From positions 27,590,001 to 27,654,000 of the forward strand of contig CM022671.1 in the NCBI GenBank assembly GCA_012295275.1: 64,000 nucleotides of DNA, in the 5' to 3' direction. Origin of the DNA: Chrysomallon squamiferum. Lineage: Eukaryota; Animalia; Mollusca. Of this stretch, positions 13,501-26,200 are shown piece after piece. How positions within the stretch are numbered: the stretch's first letter is position 1; every line of letters begins with the position of its first letter. A program made the translations under genes and the position numbers. The notes beneath the pieces were generated by a model. That model did no database searches and was not told where the DNA came from. It worked only from the letters and a program-made list of their open reading frames with translations.

Positions 13501-16369
13501 TATTCCAAAGGAAGATTATTAAATGCAGATCTAGTTTTATTACATTTCCTATTTGCCATACTGAAAAAGGAAAACAAAAAAAAATAGTTTCATTTATCCA
13601 AAGACCCAAAGAAAAACAGAAAACAATAAATCAGAAATAGATTTACATCAGAATCTTCATGCTTAGCAACTCCATGACAGTAGAATGGTTGATTATTGAT
13701 CAGTAGTTTAGTGCTTGTCACTTTGATTGTCCTGATTCCAAATGGCAAACGATATATATCCTGACCTTCTGTCGATGTCATAGTTACCTTCATTACAAAA
13801 TAATACATTTCAAACTGACAATGATAACAACAAACTAATAATCTCAGGATAATTATTCAATACATTTTATTTAGCATATTATTAAAATAACATGAAATGA
13901 TATGAAATATACTTTTTTATTGAAATTATATTCACCTGATCTGAAATTCTTACCACTTTTATGAATGTACAATTATAAAAACAAAAAAAAATAAAAATAA
14001 ATGTAACAATAAAAATGACAGCTAAATGAAGTACTAAAAATGTGAATAACTATTAAATAAATTGCTAAAACAAATACAATAAATATGCAGGAACAATAAA
14101 AATATTAATAATTACATCATTAACAAAAATAAAAAATATAAGAAAGTAACTGCAACAATAAAAGAATAACTTATATAACTTTAAGGTGTAAAAATACGCA
14201 GGTGTAGAATTTTTTTTTTTTTTTTTTTTTTTTTTTAGATAATATATATGTTTTTAAATTGTTATCTATGATGAAATCAGGTACCTTAAGTGTGTAGAGA
14301 TATGCAGGTGAAGTAATATTCATGTTTTTTTAAAATAAAAATGTTTTTAAATTATTATCTATGGTGAAATCAAGTACCTTCAGTGTATAGAGATATGCAG
14401 GTGAAGTAATGTTCATGGTGTAAGGATACCAAAACACAGCACTGTTCACTTCAATTGTTCCTGTCATCTGATTACTACTTCCAACAGTATGACCTTGTTT
14501 GTCAGTGACTTCCACTTTAACAGCTAGTGGACTAGTTACATTTCCTTGTGCTATCACAACATAATGTACTATACCTTGTTTAATAAATAAATAAATAAAC
14601 AAATTAAAAAGAAAAGAAAAAAGAAAGATGACTGATATCAGACATGGTTACTAAATAAAAATTAAAAACATGAAATTAAAAAAAGATAACTAATATTAGA
14701 TATAATAACAAGTTTATTTTATGTTTTGGAACATGAAATAAATCAAAACTGCTTAATTTCTTAATTTAAATTCTGCATTTTAATAAAATAAATAGTTTCC
14801 TTCAGTTTTTCAACAAGTAAAATCAATTGATTATGTAATCTATTATTATGAATCTATTACTGGTTTTATAATAGGTGAAATATTTTTTTACCAAATCAGT
14901 TCAATGTAAGATGCTAACTGGTGACTGAAAGTAGTATTAACTTCACTTTATTCTTTAAGATTGTCTGGGAGTATTTTATTATTAAATAAAATATAAATTA
15001 AATGTAATGTAGATGGAGTGCATATCAAGAAGTACCACTACAGGCTGTCTGTTAAACTGTTAAATATTACCTCCTAAATTTTTACGGTGTTAAAAGTATA
15101 AAACTATGAAGTAAAATGAACCTGTGGAGAAATGTGCAGATTCCTAATTACAATTTTTTTATATAAATTGTTGCTTTATTTGTTTCACATTCTTGGAAAT
15201 ACACAAAATACATTCAGGTATTTTGTCTTAACAGGCAAATGTCAGTATAATTTCTAGATATCACACCAGCAATATTAATGATCTGGTAGTTATAGTAGTA
15301 TTTAGTCTGCTGATACCTTTAGAACCTTGGATGTCTGTGGTAACTGTTATGTCATCAATATAAGTCCAAGGAGTGGTATACAGTCGAACATGTCGATGCA
15401 ATCCAGCATAATTGAAAAAATCCATCTGAAGATTTTGAGTAAAGTAACCTGGAGGATATCTGTAATAATACAATAAATAAAAAAACAAATGGTTTAAAAA
15501 TACACTGGAAATATTCCATACAGTTTACAAATAAATAAGTAACATGAATTATTTGATAAACTGATATAGTGTTATACACATATACATCAATGAACATATT
15601 ATATTTTTTTGGACAATGGTATCCAAAGAAACTTTTTGTCATGTGATCATTGGTTAGCAGCAAGATAACTTTTACACAGATGCTCTTGTAGGAAAAATAT
15701 AAACCACAGTGTTTAGAGAAATTATGAGTTTTGGCAACACAGAGAAAATGTTGGAATGAGAAACAGTGTAAATGTAAATATTGCTTTATGTGAGATAGGT
15801 CATTCAATATTTCATTCCTCTGACAACTATCTAAACTACTGTCTCCTCTCATCTTTAATTTAAAAACGTTTAGGTGTAGATATATATATATATATATATA
15901 CATGTATGTACGTTTGTCTGTATGTATGTATGCAAAGAAATTACGTAAGTTGTATTGTGTTTAACTTTTAAAATACATTTATACTTTTTTCTGTCACTCT
16001 GGTATGTGATGGTTCCTGGGGGCAAAGTGTGAGGAGTCAGTGTATTGTTAACAGCTACTGTGACACGATTCACACCTGTAAAGTCCAGAAACTCGTTAAC
16101 AACACCTTCAAATGGCAAGTGTCCACCATCATGAGTCATTACCAATTTGGAGTTAATCCACTAAATTAAAGAAGAAATAATAAATAAATAAATAAATAAA
16201 TAAATAAATTAATTAATTAATTAGTTAATTAAAAAATCAAGATTATAGTCAGCTATTAACTGAAAACTATTGCTTTTACAAAATTTTTAAAATGCGTAAT
16301 TATATATGTACATTGAAAAGATTTACTTCTTTACTTGGGGGAAGAGCTGTATTCCTACCTTGAATTCAG

Positions 16370-16424
<55 letters not shown>

Positions 16425-16922
16425 CCTACCAAATGTCATAGCAAAATAATCTGAATGGAAAATTATTCATCATGTTTCCATTTAGAAGTAAATATAAAAA
16501 TCTGCTGTCTAAATTGAAAGTTAATAGTAAAAGCATATAATAAAATTAAATAAATTAATTAATTAATATTAAATTGTTTTAAATTACAATCTTACCACAA
16601 CTGCATAATAATGTGCACTTTCAAATCTGAGAACAACCCGTCGATTCCTCCACTGACTGTCAACATAAAACTGCCGATCATACCAAGCCCAGCCTACAAA
16701 ATCTCTGATAGCTTTTTCCTGAGTTATGTCATTGTAGCTGGATGGTACTGCCATTGGAATCACGGGTCCTGTCTGAAAAATGTTAGATCATACTGCTTAA
16801 ATATAGACTCTGAGATTTTATAATATTCAACTATTGAAACTACCTTTACCATTTATATTGTTATTATTTTGTATATTAACAACTTTTTATTTCTTGCTCA
16901 ATGAGTATAACCAAAGTAATTA

Positions 16923-16967
<45 letters not shown>

Positions 16968-17398
16968 TTATTTTTTATTAATTTACCCCACCCCGTTAAT
17001 TATTATTTTAAAACTGTTTGTTTAAATATAAATTCTTAATACATACGGTTTTTATTATTTGTATCTGTGATTATGTAGTATGTGTTTAAGTGTGTTTTAC
17101 GGCAAAATGAACATGCTAATAATTTATAATTAAACATTATTTTGATTTGTATTTTATGACACACTTGTCAAAGCCGGTTCCGCACCTTAGACAAGGGGGC
17201 GTCGTACCATTTTTGTTCAAAACTAGCATTTCGATTTGATGACTGATCTATTTTAAAATTCCACATCCCATCGAGACTTTGTATATTTCTTGTTTCTGAT
17301 TCACGTGGATATAACATTCCTTTTAAACATGAACAGGAATAAAACGAAAGCTGAATTAACAATAAAACCGACAACATTTTTATGACTCTAGCCGACAT
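10545..17398 (-). CDS. GUSB: Beta-glucuronidase (GH2); exons 17186-17398, 16596-16772, 15985-16160, 15317-15459, 14378-14574, 13647-13787, 13103-13278, 12380-12529, 12058-12142, 11504-11680, 10930-11063, 10545-10705; apparent frameshift in exon 11
   Basis: Signal peptide followed by [43 protein letters not shown] (acid/base Glu), TEYGAD (nucleophile), WNFADF and GNKKG. Twelve exons; phases are consistent except exon 11. Confidence 0.95.
11127..11340 (+). mobile_element. Tigger/pogo-type DNA transposon end fragment resembling Tigger4 (Zombi)/MER46, in GUSB intron 10
   Basis: Begins CAGGTAGAGAATCCATTATCTGAAATACTT...GAAGTGTCGGATTT...TTTCAGATTTTGGAATAT and continues TTTCATATACAGCTTA...AATTTTGTGCAGAAAATAAAGTTT. 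This is collinear with the Tigger4 5' end as I recall it. No second TIR was found. Confidence 0.55.
12532..12628. repeat. (AAAATA)n microsatellite forming the pyrimidine-rich tract of the GUSB exon-8 acceptor
   Basis: Hexamer run read directly; it produces the spurious FYFYFY prefix of ORF 12277-12648. Confidence 0.95.
14248..14417. repeat. Direct duplication (~77 bp, period 93) of the GUSB exon-5 3' end and donor site
   Basis: 14248-14324 is near-identical to 14341-14417; both encode [13 protein letters not shown]|gt on the minus strand. Confidence 0.9.
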
Positions 17399-17529
17399 AT
17401 TTCTGTCATGTGATTACAATAAAAAGGTTATTTTTAAAATTTCCGGAATAATTTGTATTTTTTCGTAACATTCCGTTGGATCAAGATAGTGAATAGGTTT
17501 GAGGGCAATACATTCTTGTTATTTAGAAG

Positions 17530-17898
17530 TAATAATGCAACGTCGTCGGGAGGTACAGCGTGTTCATAAATAAATAATTAAAAAAATATTTTTAACAATA
17601 TCAACAACAACAACAAATAATAATAATAAATAAAATAAAAGCACGAAGTTATACGAACAGCAAACAAGTCCATCCCCCCTAAAAAAGATATAAAAAGATT
17701 TTCTACCACAAAACATAATAATGCAACGTCGTCAGGAGGTACAGCGTGTTCATAAATAAATAATAATTTTTTTAATTTTTAACAACATCAACAAATAATA
17801 ATAATAAATAAAATAAAAGCACGAAGTTATACGAACAGCAAACAAGTCCATCCCCCCCAAAAAAAAAGAAATAAAAAAGGATTTTCTACCACAAAACA
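17530..17898. repeat. Two-copy ~185-bp tandem repeat just upstream of GUSB
   Basis: taataatgcaacgtcgtc...gcacgaagttatacgaacagcaaacaagtccatccccc...ttttctaccacaaaaca occurs at ~17530-17714 and ~17716-17898. Confidence 0.9.
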
Positions 17899-18223
17899 CG
17901 AATGCAAAAAGAGAAAGAACAGTACAACATCGACTTCATAAAATGACACTTTTAATTTTGATGCAGTTGTCAAAAAAATCCCCCAAACAAAATAGCACTT
18001 TGAAAATATGGCGAAAATTGTAGCCATATTTTGTCATTGTTTTAACACTCGGAACATATTTTCTAGGAGTGAAATCTTTCTGGATGCCACATGTTTTCTT
18101 ATTCAACGCCATGTAGGCTAATGAATCACAAAGAGAAAATTGTGAGAAAATCAAACAGCAAATAAAAGTGGTAAAGTTATAATTATCATTTCCACAAAAT
18201 ACAGCAGTTTATGCAAGTGGAAC

Positions 18224-19002
18224 GGTTTATTCCCGATTCTGGCATTCCCAAATCTGGCAGTGAGATTATAACACATCTTAATTGGACAGGCCAGTTGTTC
18301 CATTTCTGGCATTCTATTTCTCACCCTTACTAATTGGTGTTCCGTCACCTTAATTGATGATCCATCACGTTAATTGATGTACTTTTGTTAAACTGTATTT
18401 TGTCCACAATTTATAGGACAGTCAGTCACACTCTACAACAACTTCTTTCTCTCCTCTTCATATATCTTTGGGATGGTGTTGGTCAGTAGGTGGACAGCAA
18501 CTTCGCTCGTGTCCAAGGAATGGATGTGGTCTTTACCTCTCCTGACCACAGTCCCATCCGGTGTAGTAGTCACGGTGGCAAGGCACCTCGAATACAAACA
18601 TCTCCATGGTACCGTACCATTTTTGTTGCATACCTATATCCATCAAGTATGGGATCCGCACCTGGTTTTCTGCCGTCCAAAATTTCTCCTTTTGCAGCCA
18701 TGATCAAATATAACAAACACCATGACTGTACAGTATTTATATAGGTAGTATTTCATGTCTCCAAATTTTACTGAGATAAAACATTAATTTCATGTCTCCA
18801 AACATTAATTTTCTTGCAGTCTCTATTCTGGCTCACCTCTGCTCTTCAATGCTCACTAAAGTTAATCTCGTTAATCGCCCCATCTGTTCTTCACACCTCT
18901 AAATTGGCCTTAATTACTCACGCCAGTTTTCCCATTTCTGGAAGCGGATTATAACCTCACCGATTACCTAATCTGGAGACTGCCAGATTTGGGGAACATA
19001 CC
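18224..19002 (-). mobile_element. Non-autonomous Mutator-like (MULE) DNA transposon relic with a frameshifted FLYWCH zinc finger
   Basis: Imperfect TIRs (ggtttattcccgattctggca...ttcccaaatctggcag vs ctgccagatttggggaacatacc). Flanks agtggaac/tgtggaat form a 6/8 TSD-like pair. The minus strand from ATG 18701 reads ILDGYRY/(shift)/NKNGTVPWRCLYSRCLATVTT...GTVVRRGKDHIH, which fits the FLYWCH pattern. Confidence 0.75.
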
Positions 19003-20045
19003 TGTGGAATACTTGGTTCCCATTTTGGGACAGACGGTAATCCCAATGCTGTTAAGCAACATGATTGACTGGGCTATTTCCCAGGATGTTCCTGAGGTTC
19101 AGTTATCGTCTCTGAACTTTGGTTGCAAATGTATTTAAAAAATGTTTTTTAAAAGAACGTTTTTAAACAATAATTATATTTTTTTATTTGTTTTATTATT
19201 TATTTATTTTTAAATTTACTTATTTATTTGAAAATTCTCATCCAGATTTTGAATTTTAAAAAGTATTTAATGTTTTTTTTTTAATCAATCAAGTTTTGGC
19301 TTTAATTTCACATCTGTAGAATCAATCATTTTCAAACTCATCAAAAAAATGTAAACAACTCCTGCATATATTTTAGGGGTCAGGTGTTAAAAGTAAAATT
19401 ACATTCACACCACACTGGTCATCAATACTCATAATTAGTCTCATTGCATTTTGTTAAATATTTCTTATTGTAGTAATTAAAATGGAACAAACACTATAAT
19501 AAAATATATCACTAGTTTTATTCAGTATTTGTGCTTCATGTCAGTAACTACTACAACTTTTGTAACCAATTTTTTGTAATCAAAAAATGAAACAAATTCA
19601 ATAAACACAGTTGGAATAATTTTTAAGTGAAAAACTATGTTATGAATTTAAAAAAAAAAAAACACCATTTTCAGGCAAGATGACTAGTCTACAAAAAACA
19701 AGGATCTTTATTTATTGTTTTCAATGTAAAAAACAAAAATGATTTTTCAGTTATTTAAAATGATTGATGTATCATAGGACTTTATAACTTTATAAAATTA
19801 AACAGGCAGGAAAAAAAATGAATATTATATATTCGAGAAAAAAATTTCTGTTCAACATTTATGTACCAAGAAGGCATCATAAAATCACTTGTTTTTATCA
19901 TTTATTTTAAATTAGCAGTAATATTAATATAAATAAAAAAATAAAAAAATGAATATTAAATGAATCTATAAATCAAACAGTCTTAAAACATTTTCAAAAA
20001 CATAAAGCAGAACATTTTATATTTCAAGATAACTGCTTGGACTCT

Positions 20046-20236
20046 TCAGTTGCTCAAAGAATCTCTTCTACTCCTCAAAGAATATCCTGAAATACAGAAA
20101 CAGTGATATTATTACAAATATGCAAAAACGGTAAACTATTTAATATAACAAAACAAACAAAAATCCAATGAATGACAAAGCTGTTTATCCCTAGGTGATT
20201 GGGCTAATCTCATCTTCCTCATTTTGTTTTATTCAC

Positions 20237-20269
<33 letters not shown>

Positions 20270-23200
20270 TTTTTTTTTTTTGTGGGTCTATAATGTTTTT
20301 AAATTTGAAACATTGAAATAATATTTAATTATGAAATCCCTTAATTTCCATAAAAACATAAAAAATGAAGCTGTTCTACTTTTTTAATCATTTCTAATTT
20401 TCAAATTTGACATTTTTATTAATTATCAATATAAAAATCAGTGAAAGATTAAATAATTAAATCATACACTATACAGCTGATATTTCAACTTACTTCTCTG
20501 CTGCACCTTTTTATCATCAGATTTTCTGAAAAGAAAATGTATATTAATACAAAACAGTAAGCTACAGGTTATTAATGATTTGTGCATGCATTTATAAGAC
20601 ACTGTCCTTGTACATCTAGATGGAAAGGATTATTCATTGTTTTTGTTCTATCAAATTTTAATTTTTCAATTTTCTCCAGTTTGTTCCTTTAAAAAATTAA
20701 ACTTAAATATTATTATAATTTTAAAAAAATCCAAGAAATGTTACAAATTAATTTTCATTTGAGGAATTTTAATAAGCTAACATTGAAAAAAATACATATA
20801 GTGACACCAAATAAATTCTTCAGAATTAGTAAACACAAGTAATACACATGTCACTACTTTTTGAATACACCAACCTTGCAGAACTTGGCACTTTCTGTAC
20901 TTTAGTCTGAAAAAGATAATTAGGAAAATTTCAGTGCTGCATTATGATACATAAATTTTCTAGTATTATTCTTTTGAATATAAACAATATTTGTTATGTC
21001 TGCTTTGAATTTATTGTATTAACAATATCAATACATTTTATACTGCATGATTTTTAATTACTTCTTTTCAGTGCTCAGAAATTATTAATTCACATACAAC
21101 CATTTTTGTTCATTTACTACAATTACTAACTTCAAGTATAACATATCGACATTTTACTGATATGTGCAATAATTAATCTAAACCATTCACTTACAGATTC
21201 TGTTTGCACGTCTGCTGCTTTGGCTTTTTTCCTAGGCACCTTTTCTACTTCAACATGTTTCAATTCTTTCTGTGAAGAAACACTTTTTCTAGGCGTTTTG
21301 ACATTTCCTCTTTTTTGTGGTGAAGTTCTTTTTCTTGAAACATCTTTTTCATCACATTCCTTTGATTCTGGCTTCTTTTCATCTATGACGAGAGTTTTTG
21401 GTAAAGCACCCTCACCATGAGCTTGTGCAATTGATTTTTTTCTTGTTGATCGTTTTAGTTTGCTTGGTGACTCTTGTCTCCGAGGTGAAACATCCGTTTT
21501 TTCTAAATGTTTATTTTCTATCTGAGAAGACTTTACAGCACTGCAAACTGGACTGCAGGGTTTAATTCTGGAAGAATCCAGGCTTTTGGATGGAGATAAT
21601 AATTGACCTTCCAAGTCCAAAGAATCAGGATTATCAAATGAACTCAACTCCATTTCTGCTGCACCTTTGACAGAAGTTTTTATTTTCTGTACAGCTGAAT
21701 CAGGGTTGACAGATGATGAAACTAAGTTGTCAGATGAAGTATTATGTTTGTGCTTACATGGACTAAGTTTGTTATTTTCTAATGAAATAGTTTGCTGTTT
21801 GCAAGTAGAATTTTGTAACAATTCAGGAGTTTCATTTGATGTGGTTGACGTTTCCAAATTATTACCTTCTGAAGAAGTAACCTCCATATTCTGTTTTTTA
21901 GATGTTAGAGAAATCTCATTATCCCTTTCATTTAATTCTCTTTCTGAATTCAAAGACTTCTTCCTTGCAGTTTCACTTTCTGAAACATTTTCATTTTGTT
22001 TCCTTTTTCTTGGAGAAACTTTTGGCAATCTTTCTGATAAAAGAGCATTTCCAGAGGCAGATTCTGCACTGAAACCCTCAACTTCTTCCTGTGACAAATC
22101 TAAATGTTTAACACATTTAATCTTGGTGACTTCAGGTTTCTCAGACACATTCTGAACTGGAGACGAAAGCTTTGAGATTAAAGGTGAGAATGAAATTTTA
22201 CCTTCCTCATCTGAACTGATGTCAAAGGTAACTGAAAATGTTTCCAATGGTCTTTTTTCAAACGGAGAACTTCACTGGTGTTTGTGTTTTCTTTGTTGGA
22301 GAAGTTTTAACCAGTTTAGTTTTAGATGGAGAAGATTTAACCAAATTAAGTTTAGATGGAGAAGATTTAACCAAATTAAGTTTAGATGGAGAAACAGGTT
22401 GAGAACTGTTGGACTGAGATTGTACTGGTGCATCTACATCTATAACTTGAACACTTTCATCATCAGAAATATATCCGACATCTTTTTCAGCCACGTCAAC
22501 GATGACATCTCTGCCGTTTGTTCTTTGGTTAGAAACATCCAGCATTACCTGCTAATAAAGAAAATAAATACCCGGTTTTTTAATTTATACATTACATTAT
22601 TTTTAACCTTCCTGACAGTCTTACACCAACAAAGGTATTTTCACCCAATATATTATTTACCAAAATTTTACTGACATCTATTTGCTACTGTATGACCAAA
22701 TAATTTTAATGAACACTAGAATGATTTCAGTCCATCAGCATTATACCAGTCAGTCATGCTTTGAATCAGACTGGGGCGGTAATTAATCATCACTTTGGAT
22801 ATGACTGAAGAGTACATAAAGAACCAAATAATATATGGATGCACATTACTAGGAATTGTCAGAACAAAATTTTCCACAAATGCTGATGTTACATAGAATT
22901 ACCAGAGGCTTTTTCACTTGATTTAAAAAAAACATACAAAAACAAATCTGAATCAATGTTGTATATTAATGTTACTGCATGAACAATTTCTAAAGTCTGG
23001 ACAAATACCATTTCAATTTTTTTATTTTATTTAAGATTATTCTTTTGTCTCACCTTTTCCTCTTCCAAATGCTTTTTTCTTTGTGAATGTTCTGTAGGAT
23101 TTTCAATTTTTTCTATAGTGTCTGTATTGAAATGTTTCCTAACTGGAGAAATATTTTTGAAACCTTCACCAGATTTAGTTGATTTTCTTCTTGATTCATT

Positions 23201-26200
23201 TTTTATTTCTTTCACACATGCTTTCTCTTTTGTTATGGATTCTAAATCTATTTCATATACTTCTACATCAGAATTTTCTGCACCTTTTTCAAACACTGCT
23301 TCAATTTTCCCTGCCTGATCTTCTGTCAGCTGCAAAACAGTAAGTGTGCATTTTAAAATGTAGAGTAAATGCATTATCACAGCATACTTAACAAAACAGT
23401 TCTTAGATCAAGTTCTGGAAATTCTGTTTCACAACATTTTAAAGAAAATAATGCATTTAGTAATGATAGTAAATGTCCATCAGAAAAGACCAGTCATTCA
23501 TGAAATAAATCAGACTGGGGCGGTATATAATCATCAAAGGACAAATTATTAAATTCTGACATTCTCATTATTAGAAAAGAGTTCTGTGTACATCACATTT
23601 ATTAAAGATTAAAGCAGGAAAAAAATTAATGTTTAAATTAAGAATAAGTATCATGTCATTCAAAAAATTAGTTGTATATGAAACCTATACTCAGGCAAAA
23701 TATACAAGACATGAACACATTATGAAGTAAAGGGATTTTAGAAGCAAAAGAATTTTAAATTTTGAAACTTGTTTTTTTTTCAAATGTGAATTTTTTAAGA
23801 AACCAACCATATTATCTTTCTTATTGATGCATTTTATTTTCTGATCTGTATCTTCAGTCTTTATCTATTGCAAAAGAAAAAACATTATTTCCTGTTACTG
23901 ATAAATAAAAATTGTTATACACACACACACTCTTTATTAGATAGAAGTTATTGATTACCTGAACAGTCCTAATTTTGAAACATTTATTTTTCTTTATACA
24001 GAGGGCTAAAAATTATCATTATCATATTACTATTACAAAATGTTAAAAAAACAAATCTGGATATGCTATCAAATTAAAAATTACAAAAAACTGAATAAAA
24101 AATCAGACAAAACAGAAAAAATACCCCCCAAAACATCCAAGAAATCTTATCAAAAGCATTTATTTTATACCTTTAATAACAATTGGTAATAATGTAGGAT
24201 TTGAAGATTTAATTTCAGAATAATAAATGTATTAATCAGTCCTTCAGACTAGAACCAATCAATCATGAATAAAATCAGACTGGGGCGGTATTGAATCATC
24301 ATTCAGGACAAACAAAATTACAAATAAAATTCAATATCTGCCACTGAAATAAAAATGACCGATAACAAAAGATAATGGAAGAGGTAACAAAACAAAAGAG
24401 AATATAAATAAAATGCCAAAAATTATTTTACTTACCTCAGACTGTTTATTTTGGACAATTCCTTGTTTATTTTTCTGTGGTGACTGTTTAGATTTGGTAA
24501 CATTGTCTTCTTCATCTGTTAAAATGACAATATCCGATTCGTCAGAACTTCTGTCATTATCACAGAGTTCATCAGTCAGGTCTAAAACTCTCACATCTTC
24601 AACAATCTCATCAACCACCGTTTCCTGCAATGAATTAAATATATACACTCATAACAATTACTTTAATTAGGATGTGAACCGAGTTGAACAACTCCACAAC
24701 TATAAATAAAAAAACACACACACACACAAAAAATGGATATATACACTGTTATTTGTAGGATTGGACCTGAAGCTATATAAAATTGACATTCTTTTCACCA
24801 TTTCCTCAGTAACTGAATGTTACATATTTGGTCATTTATTTATTCTTGTTAAAAATTATCATCAAGGAAAATTTTCTAATATATGCAGACCCAAAATTAT
24901 AATTACTAGATCCATTACCTTGTGTGAAAGTTGTATCATTTATTTTTTAATCTAAGATTAGACTGGTTTTATGATTCAGAAATGTACCAGTCAGTCATGA
25001 TTTAAATCAGACTGGGGCGGTAATAATCATCATGAAAATACAATCTAACTTATTTTAATGGTGTTCTAAATATCTTCTGTAATAGTTTTATTTATACCAA
25101 TATTTTACAGCAGAATTCAATCTGGAAACATAATCTACTACATTAGTTTATCCTGATCATTATTTGTCAAACACCAATTCAGCTTGAATTTTAGTTCGTT
25201 TTTTACTATGTGTAACCAGTGCAACGGTACACATCAGACATTATTTTAATATATGGCTGGTTTGGACAGGTCATAATTGGATTATCTGATTTTCTAATCA
25301 TTATACAAGAATAAACCTAACAATAAAAATAAAAAAAATAAATAAAAGAGAAATCACAATAAAACAATTTTCTAAGTTATCTCTCAGTGTATAGATTTAT
25401 CAATAGTGCTAAATTTGTTAATGTCAGAGATATAGTGATTTATTTAAATATGATTAATGTTCTTCAGATCAATACCAGTCAGTCATAAATAAAATCAGAC
25501 TGGGGCGGTTAAATCTAACATCACTAGAACATCACTTCACATTATTACAAACAAGTAGATAAAGTGAATCAGACAATTAAAGAACTATTTCATTAAACAC
25601 TCCTTTTTACATTGAAAAGCAACAGATTTTGTACTTAGGTATCACTAAACATTCATTAGTAACTCATCTTTCTATAATATCTATTATAACAAAAAAAAAA
25701 AAAATGTTTTAATAATAAATTAAAAAATACATACAATTAATAAATAACACAAATAAAAAATATTAAAATCTGAAGACTGTTTTAAAATTTTTTAAAAATT
25801 TTTAAAAAATAATACGATAAATATATATACATACTAAGAATACACTTGCTAAACCCATTTGCCCAAAATTCAAGGGCAATTGCAGACCCAGTTTATAATT
25901 ACTAGATCCATTACCTTTTGTGTGTAAGGTGTATCATTTACATTTTTATCAACTGGCTTTATAATTCAGAAATGTACCAGTCAGTCATGATTAAACTCAG
26001 ACTGGGGCGGTAATAATCATCATGAGAATCAAATCTAACTCAATTTAATGATATTCTAAATGATTTCTGTAATTACTTTTATTTACACTGATATTTTATA
26101 GGAGAATTCAGTCAGGAAAAATAATCTACTACATAAGTTTATTCTGATCATTTTATTATTTGTCAAGCATCAACTGTCAAAATACAATATTAACTACTTC

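Noticed and set aside
21220-22674. Plus-strand ORFs 21220-21420, 21667-22155, 22219-22674
   Set aside because: Antisense shadows of the large minus-strand exon.
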